Of a stretch of 64,000 nucleotides of DNA, positions 29,072-41,959 are shown piece by piece. The stretch is from the human T2T-CHM13v2.0 reference genome, Homo sapiens. The notes under the pieces are model-generated. The model was given only the letters and a program-made list of their open reading frames with translations, made no database searches and had not been told where the DNA came from. The stretch lies in assembly GCF_009914755.1 (NCBI RefSeq), contig NC_060937.1; one strand, written 5' to 3'. How positions within the stretch are numbered: the first letter of the stretch is position 1; every line of letters begins with the position of its first letter. Both the position numbers and the translations under genes were made by a program.

Positions 29072-29805
29072 GCTTAGATGCAACAACTAGTGTGGAATAA
29101 TGTCAGCAAGTCAACCACAATTTCCATTCTAGCACCCAACACTTTTCCTTTCTAACATACTTCACATTTATATTATCTTTTTGAACATCTGCCTCCCTTG
29201 CTAATTTAAGTTCCCTGAGGGCAGTGAATAGTGTCATTTTTTATTCATTGCTGATGCCACATCCCCAGCACCTAGCCCATGGGCTGGCTCATTATAAGCA
29301 CTCCATAAATATTTGTTGGCTGACTAATTGAGATAAATGCACTACTTAAATAATCTTCTATGTAGGAGTAAAAGCAATTATTTCTTTCAGGATGCTCCAG
29401 ATCAGAGAGTAACAACATATCGAAAACAGCACGTCAACAAAGAGACACGTATTCTCCAATAAGAAGGGCATGAGCTTTAATAACATTAACATTTCACAAC
29501 CCTTGGGAGGAAGATGTGTCTACGTGCTGTCTCCCTTGAGAAGAGGCAGAAACAAACTTGGATTCTCAGAATCTGAGAGGCAAGGTGTGGCAGAGGCAAG
29601 CAGCATGTTTGCTGGAGCCATCTTAACCAAGAATGCTCACTCATGACCTCATGCTGCAGCCCACCAGCTACAGTTCCAGGTACGCTCCCTATTTAACTTC
29701 ATAATTTGTGACTTCACTAGGTAACTGAAGCTCAACTTTCATTAGTGTTCAGGGGAACAGTAATGATTTCTAAAAGGTAGAAAGCATAGAGAGTGAACAG
29801 GGATG

Positions 29806-30100
29806 GGCCAGGCAGGGTGGCTCATGCCCATAATCCCAGCACTTTGGGAGGCTGAGGTGGGTGGATCACTTGAGGTCAGGGGTTCGAGACTAGCCTGGCC
29901 AACACGGCGAAACCCCATCTCTACCAAAAATATAAAAATTAGCTGGGCCTGGTGGCGGGTGCCTGTAATCTCAGCTACTTAGGAGGCTGAGGCACGAGAA
30001 TCGCTTAACCTGGGAGGTGGAGGTTGCAGTGAGCTGAAATCTCTCCACTGCACTCCAGCCTAGGCGAGAGAGTGAGTCTTTGTCTCAAAAAAAAAAAAAG
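29806..30100 (+). mobile_element. AluS
   Basis: Alu dimer with A tail. Confidence 0.94.
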
Positions 30101-31255
30101 GAAAGTGAAGTGGGATGGGCCTAGAGATATCTCTATGCCACACTTTCTCTTTAGGTCTTCTTTTCAAAGAATAGATAACAGAGTCCACAAAGATAACAGT
30201 AACCTAGAGAAACAGACCTTGATAAACCCCAAAAAACTTATGCAGTGGACCTAGAACTCATTTTATCTGTGGATGATGCCAGTTTTTTTTTTCTCATTAA
30301 CCAATCTAAGGAAATTTAGAAACGCATGATCAGAAATGAAAACAACTTTATAGTTTTTTAAATTGCCAGAATGGTTTTAGAGTGTATAATAACATTAAAA
30401 AACAATTACCACTAGTAAAGAGGCAAGTATTTTTCAATGTTTAGTTTGACATTCAAAGTTTTATTCCACAATGCTGGGGACATACAAAATACTGAGGTGC
30501 AGTAATGAAAATTGCAATAACAGGACCTGAACTTCATTATAATCTGCTAATTAATATAGCAATACACAATAACAACAGGTCAGCATACACAGGATCATGA
30601 TCAAGTTGAGGCCTGTGTTGAACAGCCAAGAATGCCTCAAACACCAGGGAAAGAAAAATGCCAAGCACTGTATTAAAATATCTCCCCTAGACACAGTTTG
30701 CTTTCCAAAAAAAAGCTGGCAGTCAGCTTTGCATGCCAGCATTTCAGTATTTTTCCCCCTTCTCTACATTTATGGCAAACCCAAACTAAACCAGATTTAG
30801 GAAAGCCTTGTCATCAAAGAGGGAAGAATAGGTAAAAGGAAATCTCTTATTTGTTTTATCCATGCAAATTAGGTGGTATTTAGAACAGTCTTCTCTACCA
30901 GAAGAGCCAGTATTATATTCGACGGAAGTAGGGTGGTTGTCACCCATGAAGTCAAATAAAAATTGCTTCATTTTTTCATTTTCAAATTCACAGACCTTTA
31001 ATACTTTTTTTCTGTCCCTTTTTCTCAGAATCTAACAGAATTTTTTTTCATAGATGTTCTAACATAAAAATTTAAAATTAATATTTGGAATATAGTAATA
31101 CTGCCATTAGATCAATTCCCTCACAATTTTTCTTCTTAAAGTATTTAATGTAAAAAGTAGATGTCTAAGTTAGTAACTGACTATGTACTAATTATGAGAA
31201 TCTCAGTCTGTCCATCCATATAGTAGGGGAAAATATATTTGCTATCACTTGGCAA

Positions 31256-31796
31256 TGATGGGCTTCAGGACATGCTACCGTAAAATGCAGCACCTTGACA
31301 TTTGAGAAAGCAGCAGAAGCAGGAAAGTCTCTCTCACCTTCCCCTGCTGCTCTTCTCTCCTAAAGCAGATCATAAAACCTAGAAAGGATTATCTGACCTT
31401 CCTCTGAAGCAGATCATAAAGCCACCACTGGAAAGACGCTCTCACCATACCCAGAAGAAAGGAATATTCTTACCTCCGGCAATACAAGGACACAGAGAGG
31501 AGTCTGAACAAACAGGTCTTGCTAAGTTCTGCAGTTTATTACCACTAGATCATACCCTCTTTGTCCAATCATACTTTTCCAGAACAATCCCACTTCTTCA
31601 TTAAACCTAGCATAAAAAGTATACAGGTTTACCTGCCTCTCCAAGTCTTCATTTCTTTACGAAGGGTCCTATGTCATGAAAATTTTATTTTAAACGAATT
31701 TGTATGCTTTTCTCTTGTTAATCTGCCTTTTATTATAGGAGCCTTAGGTCTGAATCTAGCAATGGGGAAGAGAAAATACATTTCTTTTCCCATACA
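31256..31796 (+). mobile_element. Solo ERV1 LTR (MER31-like)
   Basis: tgatgggcttcaggacatgctacc...gagaaagcagcagaagcagg...cccataca, with TG...CA termini. Confidence 0.72.
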
Positions 31797-32824
31797 ATGA
31801 TAAGTGTTTTATGGGTTCATATTCTTTGATCTAGTAATACCAATTCTAGAAAAAGATTCTAAGAAAATATTCAGTAGGAAAAGCACTTATATTCATTAAA
31901 CTACTCATCATAACATGTCTTAAAACAACAGATACTGGAATAGACTAAATGCCCAGCTAGAAAGAAATAAGAAAGTGGTTAAGTAAATGTAGGTTTATCA
32001 AGCAAGTGAAATATTACCCAATTATTACAAATTAAAATGACGCAAACCATGGAGTATTCTGCAAAATATTTTATAGATCGCAACATAAGTAAGTAGACTA
32101 CACTATGGTTACAAATGAAAACTAACTGAAATTTTCTTATTAGTCTGCAGAAAAACAAATTTGTGAGTTAAGAGCCTTTTATCAATGTGCAGACTCTCAC
32201 CCAATCATCACATTTATCAGAGTAGCACCTGACTCTTCCTGTTGCTGGAATCCCTGTGGTCTCCTGATGAGCTTTTCCCATTCTTTCCTTGTGCCTTTGC
32301 TATACTGTATTCCTCACCTGCAAAGTGCTTCCATCTAATCCTGATAATCCATATGTAGCACTTTGTTCAAGACTGAACTCCATTCTCACCTCTTTCACAA
32401 AGTGGCCTTATTAGACCAACGATGTGAAATTGCTTTGAATTGCTTAGCTTGTATTATCATTTCCTTGACTATTTTGTTGTCACCTCTTCTCAGACTGCAA
32501 ATTCTACAGAATTATTTTTAGCCCATGCAATGGGTAAAAAATACATGATTTTGAAAAATGAAGTGATCAATGAGTATAAACTCTTCGGGGCAGGGGCCAT
32601 TTCTTATCTTTGTATCTACAATACTCATCATAGTACTGAGCAAACAGTAGATTATCAATAACTCTTCACTAAATAAATGGATACATTTATATTGTTACAC
32701 GTGACTACTGGCTGTAATACCCAGGGAGGTTTTTCTTATCTGTCCCCTTTCCACTTTCTGCTTCTATGAAACATCAGATAAGGTTCTTTTTCTAAAAGGA
32801 GTGCCATCCATGAAGAAAGCTTAC

Positions 32825-32923
32825 CCAGGTCAAACTGGCCAGAAGTGTAGCCACAAGTCTGCCGGACTTCCTCACTGTCCCAGCCCAAGGGGTAGAGGGC
32901 ACAGCCAGCACCAATCAACAAGC
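32825..32923 (-). CDS. LHFPL6: Internal coding exon (99 bp, phase 1-1; probably exon 3) of LHFPL tetraspan subfamily member 6 (LHFP)
   Basis: The minus strand reads pyrimidine tract ...ctcttgtcttatctctttgCAG|GC TTG TTG ATT GGT...TTT GAC CTG G|GTAAGC, with canonical acceptor and donor. The peptide GLLIGAGCALYPLGWDSEEVRQTCGYTSGQFDLG is recognised as LHFP and carries the family YPxGWD...C motif. The exon number is from recall. Confidence 0.95.
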
Positions 32924-34725
32924 CTGCAAAGAGATAAGACAAGAGGGCTTTACCAGTGCTTCTCTGCATCACTAGATAAAGGTGGTGGGATCAATATTTA
33001 GCAATATAACAAGACCATAGCGTCTGCTTTTTAGACAGCACCAGCCACAACTCTTTTAAGCAATCTAAGGTCAGTTTGACTCCAACAACAATTTCAAGTC
33101 AGCTTAAAAGAAAAAAAAACTTGACAGCTCAGTTTGGGTCCAACTTTGCCTTTTAAAGCATTAAAAGCCTTGCAAATCCTGTTTAGGAAATACAATTCAG
33201 AAGCTTTTTAAATCATTCTTGCAAAAAGCCAACCAATTCCACCATTAATCCATGCAAACAAGTATTTCAAGAGCAAGCAAAAGTTCCTAATAGGTTATGA
33301 TTTCTTATTCACTAGATTTTTGTTTCCTATTTAAGAATAAAATAGAATGATTCAGTGTTGTCAAATTTTCCCAGGGGCAGAAAGAACATAAAGAGTTTCA
33401 TGAATGGCCTCAGCACATTCATCAAACCTCTGAACGGTACTGCCCATTATTAGGCGATGTGGAGAATCACTGAGCATCCACGCATCTCAGAAAGTCTCAG
33501 GAAGACAGACATTTATCATAATCTAAGCACCCCTTGCTGCTAAAACCAAAAGTTTTGATGACTAAACTAAAGAAAGTGATGGTTTTCTCTTAATATAGAT
33601 TAAGTTATCCTGGCAGCACTCTCTGAGCTGACAGCTTTCAATTGGTGAGTCTTTAGTTTGCATCAAAGCCTAACATGGTTTTACAAGAAGCTAAACGAGA
33701 TTTAAGCACTCACTATTTGAATTTGTGGGCTAATCTGAAAGTAAGATCTTGTTGTGTCAATCACAGGTGTTATCAACATCTGTGAGTACCACAAATGTGC
33801 TGAACCCATAGGACCAACAGATACATAGTCTAATGTTGGGGAAGTGGCTTATCAGGTGCTAAATGACAGAGCCCCCTAAATAGGAAAATCCATTAATATG
33901 GTAACGTGGAAGAGGATGGCAGGGCCCGGAATGTATCTAGGAAAGGAGATCTTCAATATTTCTGCACCAAGTCCCTTCCGGGCCGTCTTTTGTCTTTTTC
34001 CTCCCTACCCCAGTCAGTCACCCCTGGTGGATAAATTGACCAGTAGTAATCCATACAAATAATCTGTTTCCTTACAGGTAACTAAAGGAGAGCTAGCTAC
34101 TTTCCATCCCTGTCCTCAACTACCCTGAGGAAAGGCCTCCCTAAGGAAAGGCCTCCCTCACCCCCACACCCATCCTGATACATTTCCTACCCTGGTAATG
34201 CTTTCCCCAGTCTGCCCCTTGGTTGACATGAAGGGCCTTCTATATGCAAGGCAGAGGGCCATCTACTTGTGGGAGTGCTAGAAAGAATGATTGAAACTAT
34301 GAATCACTAGTCTCAGGATGTCCTACATGCAACTGCATAAATATGAATTATGTTGAAGCTGAAGAATAATCTAGAAAGAAGTTATACAAGCTTTTGCTGA
34401 CGAGGCAAATGTCCTAGTGGCCAATTTCCTTAGGCTTTTCCCCTTGGGATAGAATGTACAGCATTCTAAAGACAACTCCAAACTAGTTTTGGGCACCATT
34501 AAGTAAAGAAATTATTAATGAGGATGCCAAGCTTTGTGCAAAATGAATTCCATGAATGTTTAATAAACAATGAGGTATCATGTCTGCGATACTCAGTTCT
34601 TAAATTAATAGGTAGCACCACTTTCTGAGAAGATCTTGTGAACAATTTTTTTTAAAGGATGACAAATGCAGAAAGGCATCTGGACAAGAAGTATTTAAGT
34701 GTAAGAAAAATAGTAACATTTAAGC

Positions 34726-35545
34726 CAGGGGGACCCAACCCCCGAGCCATGAACCAGTATGGGTCCATGGTCTGTTAGGAAATGGGCCACAGAGCAGGAG
34801 GTGAGCAGCAGGCAAGCAAGTAAAGTTTCATCTGTATTTACAGCCACTCCCCATTGCTCACATTACCACATGAGCTCTGCCTCCTGTCAGATCAGTGGTG
34901 GCATCAGTTTTTTTTTTTTTTTTTTGAGACAGAGTCTCGCACTGTCATCCAGGCTGGAGTGCAGTGGTGCAATCTAAGCTCACTGCAACCTCTGCCTCCC
35001 CGTCTCTGCCTCCTGAGTAGCTGGGATTACAGGTGGCTGCCACTGCACCCAGCTAATTTTTGTATTTTTAGTAGAGATGGGGTTTCACCATGTTGACCAG
35101 GCTGATCTAGAACTCCTGACCACAGGTGATCTGCCTGCCTCAGCCTCCTAAAGTCCTGGGATGACAGTTGTGAACCACTGTGCCCGGCCTAGCATTAGAT
35201 TCTTGTAGGAGCACGAACCCTATTGTGAACTATGCATGCAAGGGATCTAGGTTGCATGCTCCTTATGAGAATCTAATGCCTGATGATCTGTCACTGTCTC
35301 CCATCACCCTGAGATGGGACTGTCTAGTTGCAGGAAAATAGGCCCAGGGCTCTCACTGATTCTACATTATGGTGAGTTGTATATTTATTTCATTATATAA
35401 TCACAGTGTAATAATAATAGAAATAAAGTCCACACTAAATGTAATGTGCTTGAATCATCCTGAAACCACCCTCCTCCACTCAGTCCGTGGAAAAATTGTC
35501 TTCCATGAAACTGGTCCGTGGTGTAAAAAAGGTTGGGGATTTCTG
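34726..35545 (+). mobile_element. MER1A-like hAT-Charlie element interrupted by an Alu
   Basis: TIRs cagggggacccaacc / ggttggggatttctg. 8-bp TSD ATTTAAGC / ACTTAAGC. Confidence 0.88.
34908..35189 (-). mobile_element. AluS inside MER1A
   Basis: Poly-T plus reverse Alu with an internal deletion. Degenerate TSD tggcatcag / tagcattag. Confidence 0.92.
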
Positions 35546-35803
35546 ACTTAAGCCATCAGTAATTTCCTCTTTACCTGACAAGTAAATGAAAAACAGTTTT
35601 ATTTGCTAATGTTCATTACGAGTAAAAACTATGTGCCATGAAGTCATGAAAACACCTAGTCTGGCCCAGTCTTATGCTAGTCACTTTGGGACACTAAATA
35701 GAAAGGAGCTTACATATGGAACACTTAGGCCAGGGGCTCTCCAAGGGGCAGAACACTTGGCAGTCAGAGTCTTTTGTGGAATTCTGGGTTGTTTTTGTGA
35801 TAC

Positions 35804-36768
35804 TGTAACCAGGGACCTTGGTTTTAACAATCACCCACTTTCTTTTTCTTCCTTCTCTCCCCTCTCACCCTTTCATTCCTTCACTCTCTAGATACTCCCC
35901 TCCAACAACGCATGCTTATCTAATTGTGCTCTTGCTCTTGAAACAAACCAGGCTGGAACCCCATGGCAGAATCCTCCCACTTAGGAAGAGTTCCACCATT
36001 AGTCCACCATCACTGAAGTCAAGATAATGCCAGCCAGACTTCTGGACAGGCAATTACCCAAGATGGCCATCAGAATGTTAAAATAAAACTTTAGACAAAT
36101 TAAATTTAACAGAGTTTAATTGAGTAAGGGTTAAAAAAAATTCACAAATCAGGCAGCCTTCAGAATCATGGCAGATTCAGAGAGACTCCCGGGATACCTT
36201 CTGGTCAGAGCAAATTTATAGACAAAAAAAAAAAAGGAAAGTGACATACAGAAACCAGAAGTGAGGTACAGAAACAGATGGATTGGTTACAGCTTGGTGT
36301 TTGACTTATCTGAACACAGTTTGAACAGTCAGCAGCATATGCATTGTTGAAGTATGGATGCTGGGATTGGCTGAGATTGCAGCTATTGTTACAGAAGCAT
36401 ACTCCTAAATTAGGTTTTCTACTAAGTCTACTTACTTGTCTACCTACTAAGTTAGGTTATGGTTCATCCTCAAGGACTTACGTATGGAAGTATGGAGGTT
36501 TTCTCAGGCCACATTTAGTTCAATTTAACAAGAACAAGATATACAGACTGTGTACCCTGCACTACTCCGGAATGTCTCCTATACCAAGTTTCCCTTTAAA
36601 AGTCCTATGGTAAATTTTAAAATGTAAGATGGTATTTAGAACACTAGATTGCCATCTTCTCAGGTTGCTGGTTCTCCGATTAAACCTGCTTTTCCTCCCA
36701 CCAAACTTTGTCTCTTGCGTTCTGTCTGGCTTTCTACCGGCAAGCAGCCAAACCTAGAGTAGGTTACA
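35804..36768 (+). mobile_element. ERV1-type solo LTR (MER66/MER92-like, family uncertain) hosting a nested LTR
   Basis: Inverted termini TGTAACC...GGTTACA and an ATTAAA poly(A) signal near the 3' end. Confidence 0.65.
36076..36530 (-). mobile_element. Nested MER57-family solo LTR
   Basis: TGTTAAA...TTTAACA termini and a perfect 4-bp TSD AGAA. The reverse complement is homologous to the LTR at 7210-7640. Confidence 0.85.
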
Positions 36769-36776
36769 TTACTTTG

Positions 36777-37077
36777 TTTTTTGTTTGTTTGGTTGTTTTG
36801 TTTTGTTTTTTTGAGATGGAGTCTTGCTGTTTCCCAGGCTGGAGTGCAGTGGTGTGATCTTGGCTTACTCCCGGGTTCAAGTGATTCTCCTGCCTCAGCC
36901 TCCTGGGTAGCTGGGATTACAGGCGCGTACCCCCATGCCCGGCTGATTTTTGTATTTTTAGTGGAGACGGGGTTTCACCATGTTGGTCAGGTTGGTCTTG
37001 AACTCCTGACCTTGTGATCTGCCTGCCTCAGCCTCCCAAACTGCTGGGATTACAGGTGTGAGCCACTGCGCCCAGCC
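36777..37077 (-). mobile_element. AluS
   Basis: TSD ACATTACTTTG at 36766-36776 and 37078-37088. Confidence 0.93.
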
Positions 37078-37744
37078 ACATTACTTTGAAATGTAGATTC
37101 AACCATATAAATTAGGAACAATTTTATACACAGAAATTTGTGGTACATGTATGAATTTTAAAAACATACCATGAACATATGCTCACATGTTTAAAAAGTT
37201 GTTCAGTGGAGGGCAACTAGCTTATCTGAATTTTTATATTAATATTTATGTAGCTCTTGTTTTGTCACCTGCTAGTATTTGCTAGCAGGAAAGAAACTGC
37301 AGACTCCAAAAATTTGAGAAACATTTCTGGGAAAAAAATGTACGTTACAAACCGTATGATCAGGCTAATTGGCTATCACAGTGATTAGGATATGTAGGTA
37401 AACATTTCAGTGGCCTCCCCACTAACTTGCTACCACCGTATGTTATGGTAAAAGGGAGTTTCAGACCAAATTTGGCCAAATATGCAACAAATGTTTATTA
37501 GTAAGCTGGCACGAAAAAGAGTCAGAAGACCAATTCTGTAAGCTCAGTGAAATCCAGTGACCTGCCCCCCTGCCCAACACAACTCCATCATATAGTCATT
37601 GTAACAAGGACCTCACATGAAATTTTCAACACTCAATGGACAAATATGAGACAGTTCAGGGAAACTTTAGGTCAGATCAGGCCACAATATTTTCCATTAA
37701 ATGGAAGTGGAGAGGGAGCACAGGTCCAAAGAGAAAGATCTTAA

Positions 37745-37960
37745 CCTGGACTGCCCCATGCAGTAGCCAATAGCCACAGGTAGCCCTTTAAGTTTAAATG
37801 TTAAGTTAATTAAGATTAAATACAACTCAAAAATTCAATCCCTCAGTTGCACTAGCTACATTTCAAGTGCTCAACAGCCACCTGCCACTAGTGGCTACCA
37901 TATTGGACAGTGTAAATTAGACCATTTCCATAACTGTAGTTCTACTGGAGGATGGCTGTG
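37745..37960. mobile_element. MER3-like MITE
   Basis: gttgcactagctacatttcaagtgctcaacagccac...gtggctaccatattggacag. Confidence 0.75.
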
Positions 37961-40900
37961 CTAGATATAAGACACACTTTAAAAGAATGCTGGATTTGTC
38001 AGGTTCTTAGGCCTTAAGCCTGATGGTGCTTGTTAAGAATCAAAATCATCACTGCTCTTTAAAGTTCTTCCTTTTAGGTAGGGCTAGAGGTCAGGAAACT
38101 ATATTTCATAAACTAGTGGGAGTTCTGGGTCATACTCTGTCAATAAGAAGCTCTCACGTGGAATATAAAAAATAAAAAGGATAAACTGGTATTCCACATT
38201 CACACCTGCAGCCAGGGGCAAGCCTTTCTGCAGACAGTAGACAGTGACATTTTGGGAGTGATTTCCAGGTGTCCCCCTCCTCATCACCCACTAAGGGTGG
38301 ATTATCAGCTGTAGCTTCTTTTGATCCCAGCACTTCCTGATTTCCTGAATTCTTCAAAACAGCTTCTCTGACCTTCACTTTCTCAGACCTCTTAGTAGGT
38401 CTACAAAAAACGTTAAATCCCTGGGCTACATCCCTTCCTGCTGGAAATATCTGGAGTGGTTTCTCTTACTGGTCAAACTCTGACTGGTACATGCCCACTC
38501 ACAAAAGGGCAGAAGAGCCAATACTGATCTTAATACCCCACCGTATTTCTTGAACATCATCCATTTCCTTAAGTAAAAATTATCTCGAAGCACAATTTAT
38601 GCTAATTATTAAACTTCTGGGGCAAGTATAGAGAGCAATATTCTAAAGCTTTGCCTTTAAGCATGCCTGTGGTATGGTCTCTCGTTAGGAAATGTAACAG
38701 GCTAAGTAACCTCCCCTGAAATGTAGATTTCTGAAGAGGATACTTCAAATGTTAACTAATTGTCTTCTGGGGGAGGACTGAAGTCAACTAGTATTTTGTT
38801 GTCTATACTGAAGTACTATTTTGTAAAGTAGAGGCAATTAAATGTAAAAGTGAGAACATCTTTTTAATGGAAGAAATCTGCCATTGTTCATTTCCAGCAG
38901 TGTTAAATCTTAGCCCATGTTGTGGAAATCAATGTTTGATGGAAGCACAGTTTAGAAATCCCTGAATTAGATACCGCTTGGGTATTACACTGTATGCAGA
39001 AATAGAGCTCAGAAAATTTTCTGGAATTTGAAGTAATTGCCCAAATGATGTCTTAGTGACCTGACAGATTTTAATAGCTCTAGTTGCCTAATTTGCTTCT
39101 GGGGAGTATATGGCTCAATTAGAATCTCTAGCTCACAAGCTTTAATATTATTTACATGGGTTTTATTAGATTTCTAAACCCTGTGGTTACCACATGGCCT
39201 TAATTTCAACCAAATTCCTTTGTCACCGCCATAAAAGACAACATAAAAAAGGTGTCAGTTTCACACATTTTGGAAATTTGTGCATACGAGTGGAAGTGAG
39301 GAAAGATGTTGTGAAGCAAGTCAGCAACCAGAGGAAGGTGGGAACCAAGGTGGGTTGCAGGAAGAGGTGTGAGATCATTTGCAGCTACAAGCTCATTTGC
39401 AATTAAGAAGCAATCTATTTCTGCAACCCCAAGGATGTGCAACTTTTAAGGGGTCATAAGTCAATCACAAATTACAGCAAATTAGCTCAATCTTTAGTTT
39501 CTACCAGCACTTTGCTGCAATCAGCAATCTAGAGGCAAAAGGCCATGGGGAAGATTGTTTTTAAAGAGGTTTTAGGATTGTAGAGAGATGCTGCCTCCTA
39601 AAAAAGAAAAAGCAATAATCCAACAGATGACTTGATAATTCTTAAATTTGAAAAAGTTCATTTTAATAATGCATTGACTACTACACCATTTCCTCCTGAG
39701 TGCCCTGCGGTTTTTGGGTTCACCCTGTTCAAGGACAATTAAAATATTTTAAGACTAAGTCAGTGGAATGACCTCTAAGGAGGAGCCAGTGGGAATGGAA
39801 AAGAGCTGGCATAGACAATTACAAAAAGGTGGGCAATGCTGCTGTGATGAAAGTCTGTTCTTTAGCTCCAAATGGGCCCTTGGGCCCAAACGTGAGCTTG
39901 GATACACTGGCCGTAAACCACCTACAGGAGCGTTCCTAGTAGAAACTCTTCGATTTCACAAAATGCTAGAAATATCAGCATGATACTAATTGTTTCTTTG
40001 AATTTGAGTGTGTGAAGTCTGAAGTCTGTAAAGAGCTCAGTGGTCAGAATAAGAACCTGGGGCTGGGAATTTTCCCTTCTGCAAAACTCTTTCTATTCAA
40101 ACACAGTACTTAACACTTAGCCAGCGGACTATTAACATAACAATTCAGCTCCTGCCAAGAAGGCAAAACAAACCTCTAGTCAGCCAATGCCAATTACTCT
40201 CCACAGGTGGTAAGAATAGAGTCCTCATGTTAAACTCATAAAGCCTTATTTTTCCAGGCCAATCTTGAAAGTTTTTTTAATGTGATCTCACTTTTTTCCA
40301 GGACTATGGCTCCATTCTTTTTCCACTGTTTATTTTATTTTTTTAATGGAATGACTTTTTCCACCCTTGGCCCCTTGAGTGGTCACACCAGTGTTTCCCA
40401 TCAATTCATCTTTTATGTTTTTTGGATACTTTTATCCATCCTCCAGTTCCTTTATCTTCCTTTCTGTGGTAAGCACCGAGGGAAATTGTTTTCTTTACTG
40501 TTCTCATGAAAGCTGCTCAATCTTGCAGTCTGTTATCTGAACTTCTCTTTGGAAGAGGCTGGCATGTTTCCATCTCAAATTCTCCATATGCTAATTGATG
40601 TACACGAGTTTTGTCCATTTTCATCCCTAGATAATGGCCCCTTTACAAAATGTAAGAACAAGAAATGTAACAATAAAACAAATACAGTGGTGGGGAAGGA
40701 ACAAGAGCAGGGGTCAGCAGTGTAATTCTTCAGACCCTGGAAACTCAAGGAGTACATTCTTTAGTCTACAAAAAAAAAGGCTTGGTTGCATTCTAGTAAA
40801 CCACACCTCCTATCAAAGTGCTTTCTGGAAACTGAGGCACAGAGGATGTAAGAAGCCTGTCCAAGGACACAGAGCTCAGATTAATCCCGGGCCTCCTGGA

Positions 40901-41656
40901 TCCTAGGCCAGAGCTCTTTTTCCACCTATCATGATCTCAATGCTTGGACATAAGTCCACTCCACAGTCACACACTCACCACCCATAATCTGAGTTCAACC
41001 AGAGACATGTTGTATTTGACCATCATCATGTTTTACTAAGTGGGACTTGGTATATCTAAGTCCAGATTTCTTGTATCTCTTGAATAATTGAAACATATGT
41101 CAACACAGAGCCTGCAAGTGGCTGGCTGGAGCCAGGTCCTGGTCATCCTGTTAACTGCCTGGGTGCCCTGGCCAGACTCAAAGACATTTCTGACTGGGGA
41201 TCCCTGACTTACTGCACCTATTACTGGTTCTTTGAATATATTTTGAGCTTTTTCATCTCTGAAAGTCAAATCCCTTCTCTTTGACTGAGACACTCACTGC
41301 TTACCTTAATGCTCAGAAAATACTACCACTTAAGGTCTACGAAGCCTCAACACATTGCCTTTCCTGGTCATCCCAGCAGCGAGCTATAGGTTTTGCCTCT
41401 CCTGTGAGCTGCTATTTTGATGCACTCTCTACCCTTTACTTGAGGCTGACCATACATTGCAGTTATTTGTAAGTATTACATGTCCTGGAAGGCCAGACAC
41501 TCTATGTTTACTTGCATCCAGCTCACTCATTCACAATATTTGTTAAATATTAAATATAGTAATATTATTTAGTACTTTAAAATCCTCAGAAAAATGTATT
41601 TTTGTACACACATGTTTTTGAAGTCCAGATATCGACTCATAGTTATAGAATATATC

Positions 41657-41959
41657 AGCTGGGCACGGTGGCTCACGCCTGTAATCCCAGCACTTTGGGA
41701 GGCTGAAGTGTGTGGATCACCAGGTCAGGAGTTCAAAACCAGCCTGGACAATAAGGTGAAACTCCATCTCTACTAAAAATACAAAAATTAGCTGGGCATG
41801 GTGGTGCACACCTGTAATCTCAGCTACTGAGGAAGCTGAGGCAGGAGAATCGCTTGAACCGGGAGGCAGAGGTTGCAGTGAGCTGAGATCACACCACTGC
41901 ACTCCAGCCTGGGTGACAGAGTGAGAGACTGTCTCACAAAAAAAAAAAAAAAAAAAAAA
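41657..41959 (+). mobile_element. AluS
   Basis: TSD AGAATATATCA at 41647-41657 and 41959-41969. Confidence 0.95.

Noticed and set aside
32736-32972. The 78-aa ORF as a complete gene
   Set aside because: Only 32825-32923 is exon. The flanks are intron read-through beyond the canonical splice sites.
34128-34158. 16-bp-period duplication AGGAAAGGCCTCCCT (also an 11-bp one near 53446)
   Set aside because: Ordinary microduplications with no evidence of function.
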